Of a stretch of 64,000 bases of DNA, positions 58,362 through 64,000 are shown one piece after another. Below the pieces are notes generated by a model. The model was not told where the DNA came from. It worked only from the letters and a program-made list of their open reading frames with translations, and ran no database searches. The stretch is from positions 3,680,001-3,744,000 of the forward strand of contig OY764159.1 of assembly GCA_963668175.1 (NCBI GenBank), in the 5' to 3' direction. The DNA is from Syntrophales bacterium (GTDB lineage Bacteria; Desulfobacterota; Syntrophia; Syntrophales; PHBD01). How positions within the stretch are numbered: position 1 is the first letter of the stretch; the number at the start of each line of letters is the position of its first letter. The position numbers were made by a program, and so were the translations under genes.

Positions 58362-59003
58362 CTATCGCTCACGACCTGCGGCACTGCCCCATAAATCGTG
58401 AAGGCGTTTGTCGCGCCCGCAGCTCAACCGATAGTACTTGTATCGTAACGGGTTCTTTTTATAATAATGCTGATGGTATTCCTCCGTAGGATAAAACGTC
58501 CCGGCAGGAACGATCTCCGTGACGATCGGATCGGGGAAGGATTTTGTCGCGCTCAGGGCCGCTTTCGACTTTTCTGCCGTCTTCTTCTGCTCGTCGCTAT
58601 GATAAAAAATGGCCGTCCGGTACTGGTGGCCGCTGTCGCAGAACTGCCGGTCTTCCACGGTCGGGTCAACGTTGTGCCAGAATACGTTCAGGAGCCTGCC
58701 GTAACCGATAACCTTAGGATCAAAAAGGATTTGAACGGATTCGGCATGCCCCGTACCTCCCGCCGACACCTGTTCGTAGGTCGGATTCTTTGTCGTCCCG
58801 CCCGTATAACCGACGGTCACCGAAACGACGCCGGGGAGTTTATCGAACGGGGATTCCATGCACCAGAAGCAGCCGCCGGCAAAAGTGGCCGTTTCCAGTT
58901 TCGGGTCCGCGGCGGCGTAACCCGTCCCGACGGCCATAACGGCAGCTGCAACAATTACCGCCAGCGTCAGTTTAACGAGATCGGTTGTCCGATGTCTGTT
59001 CAT
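58362..59003 (-). CDS. msrA: Exported peptide-methionine (S)-sulfoxide reductase
   Basis: AGGCFWC, GHAE, QYRTAIF, EEYHQHYY; signal peptide; AAGGAGG RBS. Confidence 0.95.
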   Translation of the reverse strand: MNRHRTTDLVKLTLAVIVAAAVMAVGTGYAAADPKLETATFAGGCFWCMESPFDKLPGVVSVTVGYTGGTTKNPTYEQVSAGGTGHAESVQILFDPKVIGYGRLLNVFWHNVDPTVEDRQFCDSGHQYRTAIFYHSDEQKKTAEKSKAALSATKSFPDPIVTEIVPAGTFYPTEEYHQHYYKKNPLRYKYYRLSCGRDKRLHDLWGSAAGRER

Positions 59004-59026
59004 AACATCCTCCTTGGTGCTGTTGC

Positions 59027-59644
59027 TCATTTCTTTTCAAAGAGCTTCATGAATTCCCCGTAACCGTCCTTTTCGAGGTCCTCCTTAGGTATAAACCTCA
59101 ACGCCGCCGAATTCATACAATACCTCAATCCCGTGGGCTTTGGACCGTCGGGGAATACATGGCCGAGATGCGAATCGCCGTACCGGCTTCTCACTTCGGT
59201 ACGGACCATCAACCATCCCTTATCTTCCCGGGTCACGATATTGCCTGGCACCAGGGGTTTCGTAAAACTCGGCCAGCCGGTTCCCGAATCGAACTTGTCC
59301 GTGGAACTGAAGAGCGGCTCGCCCGAAACGATATCGACGTAAATGCCCTCCCGTTTGTCCTTGTCGTACTTGTTTTGAAAGGGCGGCTCTGTTCCCTCCT
59401 CCTGCGTCACCTTATATTGAAGCGGCGTTAATGTCTGCTTTAACACGGACTCCGCAGGCTTCTTGATATGCTGCCAGGGTTTCGATGCCGGCTTTTCTCC
59501 GCCGGTATTACCGGAATTGTCCGTATTCACGACGGCCTGTTTCAGGTCCGCCGCCATTCCTCTTTCGTCCTGATGCCCCAGGCCGGAATTCTGACATGCC
59601 GACAGAAGGAGGACCATCATTATGCCTAAAACCCATCTTTTCAT
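59027..59644 (-). CDS. msrB: Lipoprotein peptide-methionine (R)-sulfoxide reductase (no Zn CxxC)
   Basis: Lipobox [31 protein letters not shown]. Confidence 0.95.
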   Translation of the reverse strand: MKRWVLGIMMVLLLSACQNSGLGHQDERGMAADLKQAVVNTDNSGNTGGEKPASKPWQHIKKPAESVLKQTLTPLQYKVTQEEGTEPPFQNKYDKDKREGIYVDIVSGEPLFSSTDKFDSGTGWPSFTKPLVPGNIVTREDKGWLMVRTEVRSRYGDSHLGHVFPDGPKPTGLRYCMNSAALRFIPKEDLEKDGYGEFMKLFEKK

Positions 59645-59892
59645 GCTCCCTCCTTTTAAAGACTTATTTTATGATAAATTTAATGACGAATAGTCAGATG
59701 GCAAGGATGCGCTTGGATGGGGCAGGGAAGAATCAATGGATTCCAGGTGTACCGATTTCCTTGTGACAGAGTGATCGTCTTTCTGATGGATAATGGATAG
59801 AGGAAATACTCTGATAAATCAAAAGAATGGATTGAATATCATCCGGATGCCCATCCGATCAACCGGAACAGGGTCCTGTGCACTCACCCGAT

Positions 59893-62853
59893 TCAGGACC
59901 GGTCAAGTTCTTTTCTGATGGCCACGCCGATCTTCTCCAGGATGTAAGGTTTCCGAACGTAAGCCCCGGCACCAAGGTCCTGGGCTTTTTTGACCCGTTC
60001 CGTTTCGGAATATCCGCTGACGATGACGGCCTTCTGGGCGGGATTGATCTGAAGAATTCGCTCATAGGTTTCCAGTCCGTCGATACCCGGGTCCATGATC
60101 ATATCGAGAACAACCAGGTCTGCGTTTCTCTCTTTGAGGTATTCCACGGCCTCCTCGCCGCTGGCGACGGCATCGGTCATATAACCGATGGCGCTGAGCA
60201 TGTCCACAGCCAATTCCCGCTGCTTCTGCATGTCGTCCACAATGAGAATCCTCTCTCCCCGTCCATGGTATGTTTCCGGCAACACAACCTTGGGACTTCT
60301 GGTCTGTTTCTCCCGGGTTATGGGAAAATAGATCGTAAAAACACTGCCTTTACCTTCTTCGCTTTCCACGTCGATATACCCGTCGTGATCCTTGACAGTC
60401 CCCCAGACAACAGCCAGCCCCAGTCCCGTTCCGCTTCTGCCCATAACCTTTTTGGTATAGAAAGGTTCAAATATCTTGCCGATGTCTTTTTCGGAAATAC
60501 CCCTGCCGTTGTCGGAAACGGTCAGGACGATGTAATCCCCTTCCGCCATGTCGTCGTAACGCCGGACATCCTTATCGAGATAGCGGTTTTCCGTGGTCAC
60601 GATGACCACACCCCGGTCGGGTATGGCTTCCGCGGCATTGATGACCAGATTCATGACTGTTTTGCCAAGATGAACGGGAGACCCGTTGATGTTCATCAAC
60701 TCTCTTTCCAGATCGGTCGCAAAGGTTACATTGGGATAATAGGCTTTCAGTTTCTCGAATTCCGGGGCCTGGAAATAATCGGAAACGATCTTATTCAAAT
60801 TAACCACTTCGGAAACAGCCACGCCCCTGCGGGCCAGTGTCAACAGGTCCTGAATGATCGCCGCCCCTTTCTCTCCCGACTGGTTGATATTGACGACATG
60901 TCTTCTTAGCGGACTGTCTTCGGGGATATTCATGAGGAGCAGCTCCGAATAACCCACGAGGACTCCCAGGACATTATTGAGATCGTGGGCCACCCCCCCC
61001 GCGAGGGTCCCCAGGGCCTCCATCTTTTGAGCCCGTTGCAGTCGCTCTTCCAGCCTTCGTCTCTCTTCATTGAGACGCTTCCGCTCGGTAATGTCGCGGG
61101 ACAAGCCGCAGATGCTGGTTATGCGGCCGTCTTTGTCCCGGATGGGCGTCTTGATGATATCGAAGGTCATCATCACACCGCACACCAAATGATCAATCTC
61201 ATACCCGATAGACTCCCCTTGAAGAACGCGGATGTCCAAATCCTCGATGCGCCCTGCCGTATCTCCCCTGTTCTCAAAAATAACGACCTCCGAGTCTCTC
61301 TTGCCGATAAACACGGAGGAATCGATCTGGAAGCGACTGTAAAAAAACTGATTGACCATGACATAACGGCGTTCGGCATCCTTGATAAAAATAAAGTCAT
61401 GAACGGAATCGAACACGACCTGCAGACGTTCTTCACTTTCCCGCAGGGCGTCCTCCACCTGCTTTCTGGCCGTAATGTCCGTGATAACCGTGAGCAGATG
61501 ATCCTCATTTGCCAACCTGATCCTTGTCGAATTGAACAATCCGTAATGGAGAGATTCGTCTTGGATCCGCATGGGTAATTCCAGATTTTCGACGCGCCCT
61601 TTTGCGTTAAGCTCGTCAATCAGCCGCGATCGATGCTCATGGGTAACAAAACCGATCCCTACGGAAGTGTTTCCGATGACCGTCTCTCTGTCCATCCCCA
61701 TTAACTCCAGAAATTTGTCGCTGACGTTGATATAGCGACCGTCTGCGATCGTCGTAATGGTCATGGGGATGGAATTCTGCAGGAAGGCCTTGGCGAATTT
61801 CTCTTCGCTTTCTCTTAAGACATCTTCCATGCGCCGGCGTTCGGTAATATCCCGTACAACCCCTCGAAATCCGGCAGGCTGGCCCCCGGAATCGGCAATC
61901 ATGGATGCAGACAGCTCAAGATATCGGTAAGTGCCGTCCGGTTGACGAATTTCATAATCGACGATCTTGGCCGTCTTGCCGGTTCGGTAAATTTCGTTGA
62001 ATGTTTTAAAAATGGTTTTTGCGGAGGCCTCCGACGCATATTCGCGGTAGTGCACGCCTAGAAGTCTTTCTTTTGGGATGCCGAGGATTCTCGCTGAGGC
62101 GTCGTTGATAAACGTGAATCTTCCTGCGAGATCGATCTCGTAATATCCCTCTTCCATATTTTCGATGATCGTGCGGTATTTTTCCTCGCTGGCCCTTAAT
62201 TCTTCCTCCGCCCGTCTGCGCTCGACAACCTCATTCTTCAGTTCTTCATTGATGCGGGCCAACTCTGCAGTTCGCTCCGTAACACGGCTATCCAATTCAT
62301 CATGGGTCCGTCGTAAAACACTCTCGGTCCGCTGTCTGGCTATTTCGACCGCGGCCAAATTCCCAAGGAGAGAGAGGGTATCGAGATCATCCGCATTGAA
62401 GTGCGTCGGTCGGCGGTTGAAAACATAAAGAACGCCCAGGCTGTTGGCGCCGAATTGGATGGGGACAGCCATGCCTGAACTGACACCTTCTTCCTGGATG
62501 ATGGGGTCGATGATATGGGTGATTTCCCTGTCTCGCAGATAATCTTTGACGATATACCCCTGACGGGTTGTCATGACCTTACCGCCCAGGCCCATTCCAA
62601 AAGGAATCCTCAACTGCCGGAACGCCTCCGTGCGGATACCCGACAGGGTGTTCATATAAACCTCTTTCCGTTCGTCATCCGCCAGGGCGATGTAAGCGGT
62701 ATCGGCATTGAGGAGAGCCCTGCTCTGTTCGACAATATACGTCAGATTTTCGTCGAGACTCTTTTCGGAACTCATATTGAGGGCCAGATCGTACATGACC
62801 TTGAATTTATGGAGCTGTTTCTCCATTCTTCCCGATCTTTTTTCCTGGCTCAT
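59893..62853 (-). CDS. Cytoplasmic hybrid histidine kinase (GAF-3xPAS-HisKA-HATPase-REC)
   Basis: GAF (GLGGKV, MAVPI..GVLYV), PAS repeats ending DITERR/DITARK/DITERK, AHDLNN, receiver. Confidence 0.92.
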   Translation of the reverse strand: MSQEKRSGRMEKQLHKFKVMYDLALNMSSEKSLDENLTYIVEQSRALLNADTAYIALADDERKEVYMNTLSGIRTEAFRQLRIPFGMGLGGKVMTTRQGYIVKDYLRDREITHIIDPIIQEEGVSSGMAVPIQFGANSLGVLYVFNRRPTHFNADDLDTLSLLGNLAAVEIARQRTESVLRRTHDELDSRVTERTAELARINEELKNEVVERRRAEEELRASEEKYRTIIENMEEGYYEIDLAGRFTFINDASARILGIPKERLLGVHYREYASEASAKTIFKTFNEIYRTGKTAKIVDYEIRQPDGTYRYLELSASMIADSGGQPAGFRGVVRDITERRRMEDVLRESEEKFAKAFLQNSIPMTITTIADGRYINVSDKFLELMGMDRETVIGNTSVGIGFVTHEHRSRLIDELNAKGRVENLELPMRIQDESLHYGLFNSTRIRLANEDHLLTVITDITARKQVEDALRESEERLQVVFDSVHDFIFIKDAERRYVMVNQFFYSRFQIDSSVFIGKRDSEVVIFENRGDTAGRIEDLDIRVLQGESIGYEIDHLVCGVMMTFDIIKTPIRDKDGRITSICGLSRDITERKRLNEERRRLEERLQRAQKMEALGTLAGGVAHDLNNVLGVLVGYSELLLMNIPEDSPLRRHVVNINQSGEKGAAIIQDLLTLARRGVAVSEVVNLNKIVSDYFQAPEFEKLKAYYPNVTFATDLERELMNINGSPVHLGKTVMNLVINAAEAIPDRGVVIVTTENRYLDKDVRRYDDMAEGDYIVLTVSDNGRGISEKDIGKIFEPFYTKKVMGRSGTGLGLAVVWGTVKDHDGYIDVESEEGKGSVFTIYFPITREKQTRSPKVVLPETYHGRGERILIVDDMQKQRELAVDMLSAIGYMTDAVASGEEAVEYLKERNADLVVLDMIMDPGIDGLETYERILQINPAQKAVIVSGYSETERVKKAQDLGAGAYVRKPYILEKIGVAIRKELDRS

Positions 62854-63295
62854 CGCTGTGACCTCGCTTCAAACCATGGACGATCCACACCTTCGTTCGA
62901 TGGCTGTCGAACGACCGGCGCAGGGAAACAACGTCTACCAATATGAAAAATGAACCCCTCTAAATTTCCGATGCGAAGAGAAGGACCCTTTCATGGTTAA
63001 GGAAATGCCTATAGAAATCTTTATCATAAAATATGATCAGGATTTAATATTCCAATTGAATATCCTGTCGGCTCGGGCGCTTAGTTTTATCATCCACAGA
63101 TCTGTTGATAAAGATGTTGATAGATATGTTCATAAACGGCATAACCCTCATGGTGATTCTTTTTTTAGCGAATTGCCTGAAAATTAGGCAGGCTGCAATC
63201 TTGTCGACATCCGATCCCGAAAAGGCAAATCGAGCGAGCGGCCAAAAGAGTCTCCGCTCATGTTCATTCGCTACCACCTGTCGATTCGTGAGCCC

Positions 63296-64000
63296 TTATG
63301 ATTTTCTGCTGATCCGGCAAGGCAGATTCTTCAGGTTCGGGGTACCGAATTCTTTACCCAGCTTACCTACCGAAGTCAGCATGTTAAAGTTGGATTTCCG
63401 CCACTCGTATTGACTGGCCGGATCACCTTCCGGGAACCACCAGCCCAACGCTGCACTCACGACGCGGGGATGGATGATATCGGTTATACGGGCCCGTTGT
63501 GTAATGGCGCCGTATTTCGTTTCTATCAGAACGTCATCTCCATCTGCGATGCCATGGGCGGCTGCCGTTTCGGGATGGATTTCCACGACCGGATCGGGTC
63601 TTTTTTCACGGAGTCTCGTCACCCACCGGTACGAAGAGAGAAGATAGTATTGGCTCTTCGCACTGATAACGATCAGCGGATACTCCGGGGCTTCCTCTTC
63701 GGGCAATCCCGTATATTCGGGAAGGGGCTTCAGCTTGAATTTATCCGCAGTGCTGAGGCAGAGTTCCACTTTTCCGGTAGGCGTCGAGAAACCTTTTTGT
63801 TCATAGGCACGGTAGAGTTCCGGCCCTTTCAGGTATCCTTTCTCGACAAACTCCCGATAGGTCATCCCCGCCGGACGGACAAGATCCTCAAGAAACTGTT
63901 CATGGTCTTCATGCCAGAGTTCCGGCGACGATACGCGTTTCCCCAGTTCGTTCATGATCTTCATGTCGGGCCAGCATTCTTCGGGAGGCTCGACGATTTT
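63296..64000 (-). CDS. Molybdopterin oxidoreductase (DMSO reductase family), C-terminal part; 5' end outside window
   Basis: GFSTPTGKVE, VEIHPETA..GIADGD, GWWFPE; frame stays open to the window edge. Confidence 0.88.
   Translation of the reverse strand, partial: KIVEPPEECWPDMKIMNELGKRVSSPELWHEDHEQFLEDLVRPAGMTYREFVEKGYLKGPELYRAYEQKGFSTPTGKVELCLSTADKFKLKPLPEYTGLPEEEAPEYPLIVISAKSQYYLLSSYRWVTRLREKRPDPVVEIHPETAAAHGIADGDDVLIETKYGAITQRARITDIIHPRVVSAALGWWFPEGDPASQYEWRKSNFNMLTSVGKLGKEFGTPNLKNLPCRISRKS

Noticed and set aside
58362..59644. Possible selenocysteine recoding in msrA/msrB
   Set aside because: Catalytic positions are ordinary Cys codons; no in-frame TGA

Overview
GC-rich, gene-dense chromosomal segment of an anaerobic Gram-negative bacterium. 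Gene content and style suggest Desulfobacterota/Syntrophales (inference, not tested). No rRNA, tRNA, CRISPR array, transposase or prophage was recognised. Main contents: an ECF sigma/anti-sigma unit with its own promoter; a cobalamin riboswitch controlling an unannotated 35-aa precursor peptide (CbpA-like) and a SPASM radical SAM (CbpB-like); a small transcription unit encoding two similar Lys-rich 36-37 aa peptides missed by the ORF track; etfBA divergent from a histidine phosphatase/ACAD10-11-type dehydrogenase/TetR/APH kinase/SDR cluster; a split ADP-forming acyl-CoA synthetase; a CsoR/CstR-type repressor near an exported rhodanese; larC-larE-larB with a convergent 37%-His protein and no larA in the window; amtB-PII-orphan HTH-porin; gcvR-like-fhs behind a long structured leader; exported msrBA; and three hybrid histidine kinases with closely similar C-termini. 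All calls come from motif recognition by eye; no database search was run.
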